The translations under genes were made by a program, and so were the position numbers. A DNA stretch of 64,000 nucleotides from Balanoglossus misakiensis (Eukaryota; Animalia; Hemichordata): the NCBI GenBank assembly GCA_040954595.2, contig CM082576.2, forward strand, positions 15,857,028-15,921,027, in the 5' to 3' direction. The notes under the pieces are model-generated. The model was given only the letters and a program-made list of their open reading frames with translations. It searched no databases and was not told where the DNA came from. Below, piece by piece: positions 38,901 to 51,139 of the stretch. The stretch's first letter is position 1. Each line of letters starts with the position of its first letter.

Positions 38901-41900
38901 GCCTCGGTATGGCCCAGGAGAATTTCCCGAGGGGACAAGTCTAGAATTTGAATGTGGACCAGGAACATACCTTTTAGGCATGGCAGCAATCACGTGTCAT
39001 GATGGGCAATGGACTAATGTGTTCCCTGTTTGTAAAAGTGAGTAGTCATTTATTGAGTTTCTGATTTGACTCATTCATATACGTATGCATATATGGTTAC
39101 AGTTTGGCTCATGATCACTGATCATTATTTTTTCTAATTTATGCACAAAAATGCACAAGGGATCGCTTTTGAGATTATGGTCGAAAGGATGTATCCTTCC
39201 CTAAAGAATCAAAATATCTCATCTTACAGACATCATGACAGAATCCCCGGATGAAGCAACGACCGAGGCCGTCGACTTTGAAACGACAGAGGACATGTCA
39301 CGTGATAACGATGATGAACCCAGGGAAGAACCTCTTCCAACATCACCAATTCCTGTGACAAGACCCACGTGCCCTCCCGCAGCAACAAATGAGGGCTCCT
39401 GTACAAGAACCATCACTGGTCCAGCTTTCAGTTCAACCCTTGTCATTGAAGACGGCTTGGACTGGGACGAAGGCATGAGTGACTCCACTTCATGTACATA
39501 CAAGAACGCCTCTTCTGATCTTGGATACAAGGTATCGAACGATTAAACTGAAGCAATCAGTTCTTAAATGGTATTTACTAACAGTTCTAAAGCTAGTAGC
39601 ACAAGTTGGTCCGTGTGAATGACTTAGAAATCAATCACTTTATGTGTTTCGTTTCAGTTGGCCCAGATTTTTAATGCCAGCTCGCTGACTGATGCATTCG
39701 ACTGTATCAAGATCGACTCGTTCAGGTAAAATATTTCAATTTCACTCGCACAAATCACGACATGAACATCAGCACGCACATGAGGAAATAAAAAACAAAC
39801 GCATCGCATCAAACAATATGGCGACTAGTGTGAGGCGACCTCAGTCGGCATGAGTATTCTAATGCATGCAGCGATATACATTTTATATAAGTATTCTTTC
39901 CAAGGCAATATGAAACGCAAATCGCCGAAACTAAGCAACCTATTTTGGTGCCAACAGCCAAGGAAGTGTAGAAGTGAACTACAAAGTGGTATTTGAAGAG
40001 GAAGCGGAAGTGACGGAGACAGACGTACAAGCTGCACTGTCTGAGGGGTTGAATAAGACGGACGTCTTTCAAGATTTGACAATCGACGTGGAGGAGATTG
40101 TTTTTGTCGCTGTCGGTAGGTATTAAACCTTGTTTTCCATCATTGCTTGAATTGAATATTTATTGACCTATTCGCGAAATGTTCATAAACCACCATGCAG
40201 TGTAAAACTTTTTTCCTCCCAAAGGAGTGTTGATGTTATCAAAAACGACTAGAAAAGCATAGTTGTTTTGTTACGTTTTGCAGTGCCGACTACAACGGAA
40301 AAATCCTTACCCACAACACTGAAAAATATGATGGTAACAACAACATACAGAACAGAGGAATCTGATCCAATGGAACTCACGGCATCAGCCGAAACAGAGG
40401 AATTGTTTTCAACAGATGATGATGTAACGCAAAAGATGACGACAGAAGTGACAACAGTTGCCATGCAAACAAGTAGAGATGCGAGGTCTTCGAAGCTTCC
40501 AACAGTCTCTGAAGTGTGGTCCAGTCCGTTAAAACCAACGACACAACAAACTACAGAACAAGAAGAAACAACGGAAGTAACAACTATACGGCAAACTACT
40601 GCCAAACCCACAAAACCGGCAACAACCACATCGAAAACTACTCGAATTACAACCAGATCACTAACAACAGCACTGCCTACCGATAAACAAACAACCAGTG
40701 TGGGTACCACGAAGCAGACCACAGTTTCTCAAACATCAACCGAAGCAACTACACTGAAACAGACATCAACAACATCGCAGCAAGAGATAACCTTAGCAAC
40801 TACCATACCCACTACTATGTTGCCATCCACAGACCCACAATCTTCTACAACACTCACCACCACCATGTCGCAATCGACAAACATACCAACTTCTACAGCA
40901 ACCACCACTGCTATGTTGCGCTCAACAGACACGCCATCATCCGCAAGAAGAACCAGTGAAAACCCAACAACCGAGAACAAAGACACGACGTTCAGACCGA
41001 CATGCGCACCAACCGTCACACGGGGGTCGTGCGAAGGGACCATATCCGGTCTTTCCTACAGGTCCACCTTGGTCATTGAAATTGGCATAGAGTGGCAGGA
41101 CGCGTTGGTGGATCCCACAACTTGCGAATACGGAGAAACCGCAGCACAATTATCGTACATGGCAAGTCTCTTATAAAACCATTAACTTTACATACAGACT
41201 TGGAGTCCAGTTACAGTCTCATAAAGTCACCAAAGTGTGTGCTATAGTATAGTCGTTTGTACACTTATCACTGTGCAATTCTGCTTGGCCAAAAATATTC
41301 CATGGCATAACAAGTCCTTTAGAAATCTACGATAACTCACCACATGTAGTGATGAGACTGTAACGATGTTTTATATATTATTTTCAGCTTGCTGAACTTT
41401 TCAATTCAACTTCTATAGCTGATTATTTCAACTGCATACATGTCGACTCTTTCGCGTAAGTAGATATCGTGTTTCATATTACTTAGTCAACGAGAAACTT
41501 AATAGCGAGCTACCTGACCCTAGATTTGTGAAAATGTCCTAAATGGGCAGTGGTCTATTGGTGCACATTGATTGTGTGTAGCCACCATGAACAGTAATAT
41601 ACAATTTATCTACAATAATATTTGCGGATGTTTTACTACAGGAAAGGCAGTGTTGAGGTGACGTATGATGTTGTGGTAGAGGAGACCGCCGAAGTGGGCG
41701 AGGAAGTCATCGCTGAAGCGTTCAAGGAAGGACACAACAAGACGGACGTGTTTAAAGACCTTACTATAAACACGAACGTTGTCGAGTTTGTACTAGTAGG
41801 TGAGTGTGAAACACCCCCTTTCGGTTTTTTTTTTTTTTTTGTCAATTCAAATCTTGTTTATACTCAACCAGGCTACCATTGCCTTTTCCAAGAACAATGA

Positions 41901-43515
41901 TTTACTGTTCAATATTACTGAAATAGGACAATTGTATGGTAACTGTACGGCGACAATAATTTGGAGCAAAACATTTGCTGGCACTCATAATAGATTAATA
42001 CAAGCTTATGTCTGTAGCTCCACCTTGAGTTTAATGGTTACAGATACTTTCTACGTATTGACACACAATTTGATTCACATGATACACGATTTTACAATGT
42101 AACGTGAAATGACCACATATATTTTTACCTGTTTAGAACCGACAACTGTAACTCCAACAGAAGAAGGGGACAGTGATGACGACACTGGTAAGGCGCTAAA
42201 TTCGTATAACCCAATTCGTGGACAAATTTGATATATTATGATTTGCTGTTAGTGGACAATATATTGTGTAATCAATTTGTAATCTGACATAAGCAATTTT
42301 CTCGCCTCGAAAAGGGTCAACTGGATTTTGCTCTGATGTAGTTGAATGTGATGTGGTATTACATGTATAACGCTTTGAATGAATGCATTGCGTTCTGTTC
42401 CTGTGCAGTTCCTCAGATGGTTGTCATCATAGTGGCTGGTGCACTCGGTGGAGTGGTGGTGTTACTCGTCATACTTCTGGCAGTCTCGTACGTGACTTGT
42501 AACCGAAAGAGGGCGGGTCCTGTACGCCGACACCCGAGGGAAGCATCCACGAAAGGCAAACTAAAACACCGTCACGGTGACGAAGAATCTCTGGCGTCTG
42601 ACGACTCCAGGAGAATGTTCATCGATACTTTCAACAGAGAAGGGGTCGTCACCCTGCCAACGGGGGCTGGGAATCGACTGCAGCACTACTCAGTGGCTAA
42701 TGTGGCGTCTAGGCCTTTTGCCTCGAAGCCGTTCGTAGTCGAAGTGAGTGTCAAGGCAAGCAAATAGTGAAGATGGATATAGTGAACACACATATATTAT
42801 TCTTATAGTAATGTCCACCTTTCTACATGTACATGTACACATGACTTACCGAATATACTTAGTTTCCTTGGTCTCTGTTTTGAAGTGGTTACTTGCACAG
42901 TTGGCTGTACATAGTGGATCTGAATGACCGGCTGGTTGGGTCGTAGGTGCCGGAGACAGCTAGCTGAAGGTCGCGGCACATCAATAGCTTGGGAGACACA
43001 TATTGCAGTTCGAGTTGCGTCAACTAGGGAGAAGGAAATGGAAAAAACATCACTCGCACCAAAATGGCAATTTAGCGTTTATGGCTAGAGGGTTAACACA
43101 TTCAGTTCAGATAAAGTAATCCGCTTATTTTAAAGATTGCCATAACAATTCTGCCACTTCTTTCATTTGCTCAGAAGAAATACACGGAGACAATACGCCA
43201 AATTGACTTTGGGCCATCCCATGTACCACCGGCCGATTACGAAGTGGAACGAGGAAACTTTACAACTCCGTACATAGCAACTGGACAGGAGGTGAGATCC
43301 CGAAAGACGGAATTCTAATTTACAAATAATACTGGTAGTCTACAGATAATTTTGAACACTTTTTCAATCAGTGAGCACATATAAATATATCACGAAAACT
43401 TACTTTTTAGGTATATGCGATTTTCGGCAGATGGTGAACGATAACATTTTGTTTTCTGGTGTCTTCTTTCCAGCTGGCGAATAATAGCTATAGTAATTAT
43501 GGTTATTACGACTGA
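23975..43515 (+). CDS. Large type I membrane mucin with ~18 sushi/CCP and 4 SEA domains
   Basis: Signal peptide exon 23975-24053 (MTVFMKNSFPLLLSFVWMLGFQCSQT); acidic exon 24808-24972; sushi exons 25642-25845, 26167-26346, 26653-26823, 27768-28979; three repeat units of sushi + SEA; Thr-rich exon 40283-41162; SEA exons 41388-41455 and 41642-41799; 42137-42187; TM exon 42409-42743; tail exons ~43174-43291 and 43474-43515. Confidence 0.85.
26930..27715. mobile_element. Intronic non-autonomous element (Helentron/DINE-like)
   Basis: Internal duplicated atagctcatg motifs; terminal short hairpin ttggccc..gggccaa followed by an A-run. Confidence 0.35.
27768..28979 (+). CDS. Split sushi exon with a ~350 aa acidic/Pro-rich insertion
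   Basis: GTCQRPPLP (Cys1) ... FPEGTKLFFECEPGTFLVGMEVLRCHNGRWNGVVPICI (Cys2-4 + Trp). Confidence 0.85.
27925..28380 (+). repeat. Coding 15-bp repeat, ~30 x PE[E/G]D[R/G]
   Basis: ccagaagaggataga / ccggaaggagataga units. Confidence 0.95.
31258..32153 (+). CDS. SEA domain exons, unit 1 (repeated at ~35270-36169 and ~39230-40115)
   Basis: FSSTLVIEDGLDWDEGMSDPTS..YK | LAQIFNASSL..IKIDSF | SQGSVEVNYKVVF; contains the SEA autoproteolysis motif G^SVxV. Confidence 0.85.
37309..37862. mobile_element. Hairpin-bearing insertion replacing a sushi exon in repeat unit 3
   Basis: atataattcccccgtatt..gtgattccccgtatagc..gtatccctcc / ggagggatacagctatacggggaatcac..aatacgggggaattatat; absent from unit 2. Confidence 0.65.
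40283..41162 (+). CDS. Thr-rich mucin stalk and start of the fourth SEA domain
   Basis: Within ORF 40268-41176; ends YRSTLVIEIGIEWQDALVDPTTCEYGETAAQLSYM|gcaagt. Confidence 0.85.
42409..42743 (+). CDS. TM exon of the sushi/SEA mucin
   Basis: VVIIVAGALGGVVVLLVILLAVSYVTC followed by NRKR. Confidence 0.85.
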
Positions 43516-45134
43516 AAGATCGAGTTGGGAGGAAATGGTGTCCATCTATCAAAGCAATAGTTTAATTAGAATTTACCCCTGTACATTAATAACACGCGTG
43601 TCTTTTGATCAAGTAACCCTCTTTTTTCTTTACATTTACCAATGTGCGTTGTATTATACACAAAATATCGTCAAGTATCCCGTCGTAATGTGTTGATGAT
43701 TGTCATGTCTCTAAAATTACACACTTTTGTGAACAACGTAATCCCATCTACTATTGCTTTAACACAAAATAATTCATAAATAATATAAACGTTTACGTTT
43801 ACCAGGGCAGATATTAATTTTCCGTGACAATAACTATTTAATACTAATAACAACTTTATCTGAGAAAGTAACTATATTTTATACCATACAAATATTTACA
43901 ATCGTTCAAAGGGTAGTCGGGAAATATGTATAAATTATTTGTTATGTTCGTGATCGTTATGTTCCTCTTTTCTGAAATAATGAATCCTTGAAATATTATA
44001 ATTACAGTGAAATTAACATTACAATGCCACACTTAATTACGATGTTTGGGATATTAATTTGCATAATAAAGCGTGTTATCAGAGTAAACTTGGCTAAATG
44101 GGAAATACAAATGAAAATACAGTCACATATGGAACAAACAATCCCTAAATTAAGGTTATCACCTACACAACCCAAGAGGGCATATGATCACCCCATCCCC
44201 ACCATTGAACTGAGGGGATGTCTACTTCCACGTCAATTGCCTGACAGACATAATAATTAACGTTGCTGGCGAAGTGTTTGTCAAACTGTAAAGTTCCATC
44301 TTAAACTGTATATGGAAATGAGCGATTATTCGAAATAAAGCGAGTCTGTGTTTTGCTACTTTTACTCTGGTGGTTTTTATTTTCGGGACAACCTATGTCT
44401 CCAATTGTGTTAGTCTTGTTTGTGTAAACACAATGTATGGATCATTGGAGATAAATTTCATAAAATGCCATCAGTTAAATGGCGTAAACAATTTTTAGAT
44501 AACATTACCACACTGTGACGCAATACGCGTGGGATAGCCAATATAATCATAACAGGCTGTTACATCAATATTCCAAATTTGCTCATCAAAAAAAAATAGT
44601 TTTCGAAGAATTGGTGTAGAAACCATGCATCTCAATTTTTATATGAATTAATTTTACAATATATTCACACAAATAATGGGCATCTCGATGAAAGAAGGGC
44701 ATTTCATACTTCGAATACATGTACAAACTTTCATGTCCATGCAGTCAAGATGAAGCTGCTTTAGGTGGTAACTGATGAATAAACATTATCGACTGAATAG
44801 TAACATCTGCGTACCCCGAAAGTTGAATGTGTCATTATAATAAATATAACCAACATATGGAATATCCAAAAATGCGAAAATACAACTACAAGTTCGTCAG
44901 ATATTTCAGTTAGACTGAAAAAGGAAGGGAAGGGAATAGTTAGTGAATGAGCGAAATACAACATATAGAGGCATCTATTTAATTGATCACCGTCCACATT
45001 AGGTAACAAAGATGTAACTATATGTACTATAAACTACTTAAAACATCGGCTCATGTGTATTTTGTTCTTTTTTACCTCATTCAAATTTTGCTGGGGCATA
45101 AATGACAAAAATGCGCGTATAATGTGTTACAAAA

Positions 45135-47372
45135 ACAGAAAGTTTACATAAATGAAAACCTAACCCCTAATGCTCGTAAACTTCTAAAATTGACGAACCA
45201 GTCAACTACAGGTTCATATGGACGCGAAACTGCCAGGTCTACGTGAAGAAAAGTGAGCAGTCGGGTGTTCTAGCGATCAGGAGTGAACATGACCACGTCA
45301 AAATCGTGTAAGGTACACTTTCTGAGTATTTATTGATCTTAAAATGTGTATTTATTTCTGAGTTTTAAGATCTTACATGGGCTTCACTTTTGATGATTTC
45401 GAGGAGCCTACAAATGAAATCACTTGTGAAATGTATACCGTCAGTAAATTTAATCATATTTTTCCTGAAACTTAGAATGTTTTTTCTATATCACATCTTA
45501 CTATTAGATCCCTGACGAAGAATAACGATAACCTCAATTTATTTTATGAGGAATGTGTAAAAACAAGGTTCAGTTTAATCGCCCTTTCAGAAATTTGTAT
45601 GAAAGCCCGTAAGGGACATTTCGTAAAGCAAAAAAAATTTTTTTATCTCGTGAGCACGAGATACTAAGTCGTGAGCACGAGATACTAAGTCGTGAGGCGC
45701 ACGACTTAGTATCTCGTGCTCACGACTTAGTATCTCGTGCGCACGACTTAGTATCTCGTGCTCACGACTTAGTATCTCGTGCGCACGACTTAGTATCTCG
45801 TGCTCACGAGATAATTTTTTTTTTTGCTTTACGAAATGTCCCTAACGGGCTTTCATAAATTTGGAACGTTGTAGATAAAGATATTTTATTTACTTTATCA
45901 GGATACTCATTTGAAATTAATTGTATGAGCCAAGGTAGAGGGGGAGGAGTTGGTTTGTATCTTCAGGATTCTTTAAATAATATTGTATTACATAATATTG
46001 AAATCAGCAATTGAGTCCCTCTGGGTGGAGCTAAAAATTGGAAAAAAGTTTATTTAGTTGGGGTTATATACAGACCTTCTAACACGAATGAAGACGACTT
46101 TATTTCCAGCTTAGAACATACAGTAAGTTCATTGTCACATAAGTATAATGGTTGTTTTATTGTCGGTGACTTTAATATAGACTTAAGTCATTCATCAACC
46201 CCAAAAAGGAAACATTTGTTAATTTTCGGTGACTTTAATATAGACTTAAGTCAATTCATCAACCCCAAAAAGGAAACATTTGTTATTTTTTTTTCCTTTT
46301 TTTTTAATTTCGAGCAAATAATAAGCTGTCCTACTAGAGTATCAAAAACGTCTTCTACTATTATAGATCACATTTATACAAATGTAACGGGTGAAAATAT
46401 TTCAGCGGGTACAATACTTACAGATATTTCAGATCATTCACCTATATTTGTTATTTTCCCTTCTCCTTCCCATCCTTCCTCCATTTCTATGGTACGTGAT
46501 TATAGGAATTTTCATTTGCAAGCTTTCCTTGATGAGCTTAAATCTGAGGGATGGTAGGAAGTGCTTAACTGTCAGGAAGTTCAATTATCATATTCAAACT
46601 TTGTTAGTACTTTTCTTGCAGTTTGCATCAAACACGCTCTTTTAGTACTTAAAAAATCAGTATGAGAAAAAAAGGATAAACCCTGGATCACAAGTGCAAT
46701 TAAAAAGTCTATAAGGAAAAAACATAAGCTTTTTGGAAATTTGCAAAAATTCTCTCTTAATGAAATAGCTTTAAACTATTATAAGAGATAAAGGTATATC
46801 CTGACAGATGTTTTGAGAAAGGCTAAAAAACAGTACTATACACACTTATTTTCCGAAAATAATGTAAAAATCAAAGAAACATGGGAAGTTATTAACGATT
46901 TAATTGGCAAACATAAAAAATGACACTTCCAGACCATTTGGAAGTGGTTTGTATGGGTACAAAAGAGGTTCATTCAGACATCAATGACACTGTAGAAGAT
47001 CTTAACACTTACTTTGTTAACATAGGTGAAAATTTAGCCAATCAAATTTCTCGTCAAAGCAATGTTACTTTTGATACTTTTTTGCAAAACAGTACATGTA
47101 ATTCCTTTTTTCTTCAGCTAGTAGCTTTAAAGGAAATTGAGAATTTAATTTTTAGCCTGGACATTCGCAAGGCAACTGGTTGGGACAATATTCCGTCTCG
47201 ACTTGTAAAAGCAGCCAATACATATATCTGTATAATTCCACTTTGTCATATATTTAACCTTTCTTTCATCACTGGTCAATTTCCTAACCTCATGAAGGTT
47301 GCACGTGTATTGCATTTATACAAAAAAGGAAATGTTAATGATATTGGTAATTACAGACCAATAAAACGTTGA
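45135..47372 (+). mobile_element. Degenerate CR1/L2-clade LINE (ORF1 C-terminus, APE endonuclease, pre-RT region), lacking RT and 3' end
   Basis: ORF1-like VYINENLTP..FIWTRNCQVYVKK; APE motifs GRGGGVGLY, IYRP, VGDFNIDL, PTRVSKTSSTIIDHIYTN, ISDHSPIF; KPWITSAI; KATGWDNIP; NYRPI; many stops and frameshifts. Confidence 0.9.
45598..45857. mobile_element. IS3EU-like non-autonomous DNA transposon (MITE) inserted in the LINE
   Basis: AATTTG|TATGAAAGCCCG...CGGGCTTTCATA|AATTTG: 6-bp TSD, TAY..RTA termini, long TIRs, internal 21-bp repeats; excision restores LSEIWN. Confidence 0.85.
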
Positions 47373-47532
47373 ACATTAAACACATGTTAATCAACTGACA
47401 GCATGCGTGAGTCTCACTCACAGGCATGTGGGATATTCAAAAGATTATGTTGGTTAGGGAGATCAGAACAGAAAGATCAAATGCACTTAATTTGGATACT
47501 TCTTTTTAGTTGCTGTCTGTCACATGGTATGC

Positions 47533-48338
47533 CTAATGCATAACACTGAACATGCGTGTCGGAGCGCACAGATTCCTCATGTAGACATGAGGCCTTCTGC
47601 GGACTTCTCTGACACACTGGAGAGTTTTTTGGATGTCCTCTTCTGGGATGTGGCTTATCATGTTGTTCTCCGGCAGGAAGAAATTCGGCACGTTGCCCCG
47701 CTCCAGGAAATGTGTCAATAGATCAAAGAAACCAATGTATCGATCGCCGTAGTCGGTCCTTTGCCACTGGTCGGTCGGAGTGTGTTCGCACAGCCATAAC
47801 ATAGTCGTCTTCATGTGGTAGGACGAGAGTGTTTGAGGCTCCTGAAAGAGATTTTTGTGGCAAGGATATTTGTGTAACTTACATTTTGGTGATATCATCT
47901 TTTAGTTTAAACTTCATAAATCATCGACCAGTTGCTTACTGCATCATTATGATTTGCAAGGTATTAAGCCCACAATGAAGACCAATGGCGATGACATCAA
48001 ACTTTCACAAGGAACACTTACCTTGAGATGGGTTCGCCAAACTTTCTTCATTACGAGGTAGAACGTCCGCTGTGTTTCTGTGAAGGCGTGGGCTAGAGTC
48101 CTTTCTGCCAGAGAAAATGACAGTCGCCATTGCAGGCATTCGTCACCTTCTTTTCCGGGGTACGACTTTGGGACGACATGGCATCCAGCGGCAGTGATAG
48201 CACGGACGACGTCGCTGGTTGGCCATTTGCGATCGCGTGTTACCCAATGCGAGGCGATGGACGGCCATTCCTTGCAGGCTAGTACCAAAGCACCATCGAC
48301 TGTCTGTTCAAACTCAGCTGTTGTGGCGCTTGGTCCAA
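47533..48338 (-). CDS. Mab-21 core and C-terminal exons (48338-48022, 47841-47533)
   Basis: Third catalytic Asp (TVDGALVL), WRLSFSLAERTL, LSSYHMKTTMLWLCE, VPNFFLPENNMI. Confidence 0.92.
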
Positions 48339-51067
48339 CTGCAAGTGTAAAAAATAAATTGATAGAGATGTCAACGTTTAGTCTCCAACCACTCTGAGCA
48401 GTTCCAAACTATGTGAATTCGAATGGTATTTGATCGCCTCCCCAGTAATATTGACATGACGATACCTTGTTCAGATGTTGCAGTGTAGTGCAAACTTAGT
48501 GTCTGGACAGGACCCTGCTGCACCAGTTCCACTCTGCCACGGAAGCCTCCGTGTTTTTCGTAATTTCTGTCGATCTCTGCTTGGACGGCCGGAATTCGCG
48601 AGCGGACGTATTCTTCTTGGATTTTCAGTAGTTTGGATCTGGACAGATAGAGACGGGCGGGCCCACTTGCTTCGTCCGATTGGATGGCTACGCACAGTTC
48701 TTTGATGAATTCTTTGGAGTAGGCCTGTTTCTTGTCTGGTCGTACTTGCACGCGCACGTAGCCTGGTTGGGGAGTGCGTATCCATTGAAGTGGGGGAACG
48801 TCTCTTGACAGTTGAGATAGTCCTACTTGTTCAAGCTCGCTGATGAGTGATTCTAAACCGTCGGCCCTGTTACAAGAGGCGGTCTGTCCACCACCATCTC
48901 TCGATTTATCGTTGCTCTCTCCATGGAAACCAATCACATCTCTGCCGTCTTCACCAACGGAACTCTCATCAGAGGTCACCGGAGCTTCGGATACCATGGA
49001 TACGGGTATCATCAAATCCATCTCGTCATTCAGATATCGTTCAGTTCGTGCGCTATGATCCGTGATGGCAAAACCCTCGCTGGTACTACCAGTCCACACA
49101 TACTCGTCCACATTGGCCAGGTTGTTGAAGCAAGGCTTCAGGACATACTGAAAGATGCCTGCCAACCTACCACTTAACTTGTTCGGCTCTCTTGGGGCAA
49201 AATTGCTACGCTCGTACATAGACAGAGCAAGGCCGTGCATGCTGACAGAATTCCCTACGTGAGATATTAATTCTCTCGACACGGGATCCATTCTCATCTG
49301 AGGGTTGCTTACCAACCGATTTGTAGCAAGTTGGTCGTTGATTGCATACAGTAAGTCTGCCTCGTTTGCACACCCCGCAGTGATACGCTTCTCCACTCCA
49401 ACCATTTGCTCCATCTGACCAAAAATCTTAGCTTGGAGTTGTACGGCTGGTATCCCGATAAAATAATACACAAGTTAGTATACAAAACCGTCAGATCCTA
49501 ACACCTTCAAAGTATCTTTTGTAGACAACATGCTGTATTTTGATTTTGTCAAACGTATCCGACTAATGTATCAGAAACAATAATGGGAGAAGTATCAATT
49601 ATCATTTCTACTGGTGCTTCCGAACGGCAAATAACCAGAATGACAGACAAACATGACATGCTTTGTCTGACTGTAAACTACCTACCAGCGTGACCTGATC
49701 GAAAAATCTGTGTGTCTCCATGAGTTTCGTCAGTGAAATCCCGTCCCCAGGGTGATCTTTGTCGCTCGAATTGCTCTGTACCCTTCACTCCTGTCGTAAA
49801 CTTGAAACTTTCTACAAATGTAAAGGATCATTTGCCTTAGCATATTCGAAAAGAAACAACACCAAAAATTGTTGACTGATGGACCTTTCCATTATAAGAA
49901 AGCAACTACTAAAGTCTTCGTTGTGCGTAAAGCTATGGTTTAACCTTTCGTGCTTCCCTCTTTTAGGCCCTCATGAAAACAGCCAATGAAAAAGTGTGCG
50001 CATGGTGGACCATAACAGCAATGCTAAATTTTGCACGACGCTCTGTTGTAAGGAAGTCGTACAAACTGGTGTGTCATAAACCGATAACAAAGAAATGAGT
50101 TCGGCGCCTTAGAAATCGTTTCTAGAAGAAAGGGCACACAGGATAAAATTACCAATGGGTTCCAAGAGGCCCGCCCCTTCGTCGGACGAAATATTCTGCG
50201 GAAGCTCGATGTGTGAAGGCTCATCAACGATAGAAACTTGTATACATTTACCAGTAACAGCAACCAGGGGATATACATCTGTGGGAGGAAAAAATGTTAC
50301 TCGGTGAAATATTTCAATTGTCATGTTTAAAAGCCATACAGAACTAAATTTAAGTCATCAAAACAAAGGTAATATAATACCTTCTGGAATGTTGCGAAAT
50401 CCCATCCCTTTAGACACACCATTATAGTAGTAATGGAGGGTCTTGTCTTGGAGTAGAACAATACCAACACGGTCGCCTTCCTTGATTTTATCCAGATCAA
50501 GGTCATAATGACCACCGTTGACTTTGAAATCTTTCAAGAACTCAGAATTCCTACACAATAAAGGAAATTATCTGTAACTATCCTAAAGTATTCCCATATT
50601 CAAAATATTTGGTTGCGTTACAACTACTTTCGAATGTATCCATTGTTGTAGTCTATGTTCTGTCTAACAAGATGTTGGCGTGTTCTGTCAAGGGTAACGT
50701 GAACCTTGGCCATTATCATTGAAAGGTATCTACTGATTATTCTGTCCTTTGACTCAGGACTTGCAATGAATCCTGTACCCATTTTAAAAATTGCGTCAAG
50801 GACACTGTGGTCCCATTTGAGGATTATTCGGAAACAGTGACACACCAGAATAAAAATCACAGGTGACATTGCAAGCAGATATGATCTTACCATATGGAAA
50901 TATGGAATGTAAAAAAATTAACAAGGAACATGCCCAATAAACTGTCATGTGTCGTGGCAGTCTTACAAGTGGTGCTAGAAAAAAATTGACCAAAAATTGT
51001 CTGTACAAACACATATGAGAAGCAACTTCTTTCAGTCAGCCCTGGAACAGACAGACACACACAGACA

Positions 51068-51139
<72 letters not shown>

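Larger units (their letters stand above)
28942..40146 (+). repeat. Three intragenic tandem duplications (~28942-32184, ~32185-36205, ~36206-40146)
   Basis: Exons and introns highly similar between units; each unit restarts at ..gttggaatggagtggttccgatttgcattgg. Confidence 0.95.

Noticed and set aside
45645-45812. 21-bp repeat array resembling a CRISPR
   Set aside because: No unique spacers; the repeats invert at the centre and lie within TIRs and a 6-bp TSD, so this is a MITE in animal DNA
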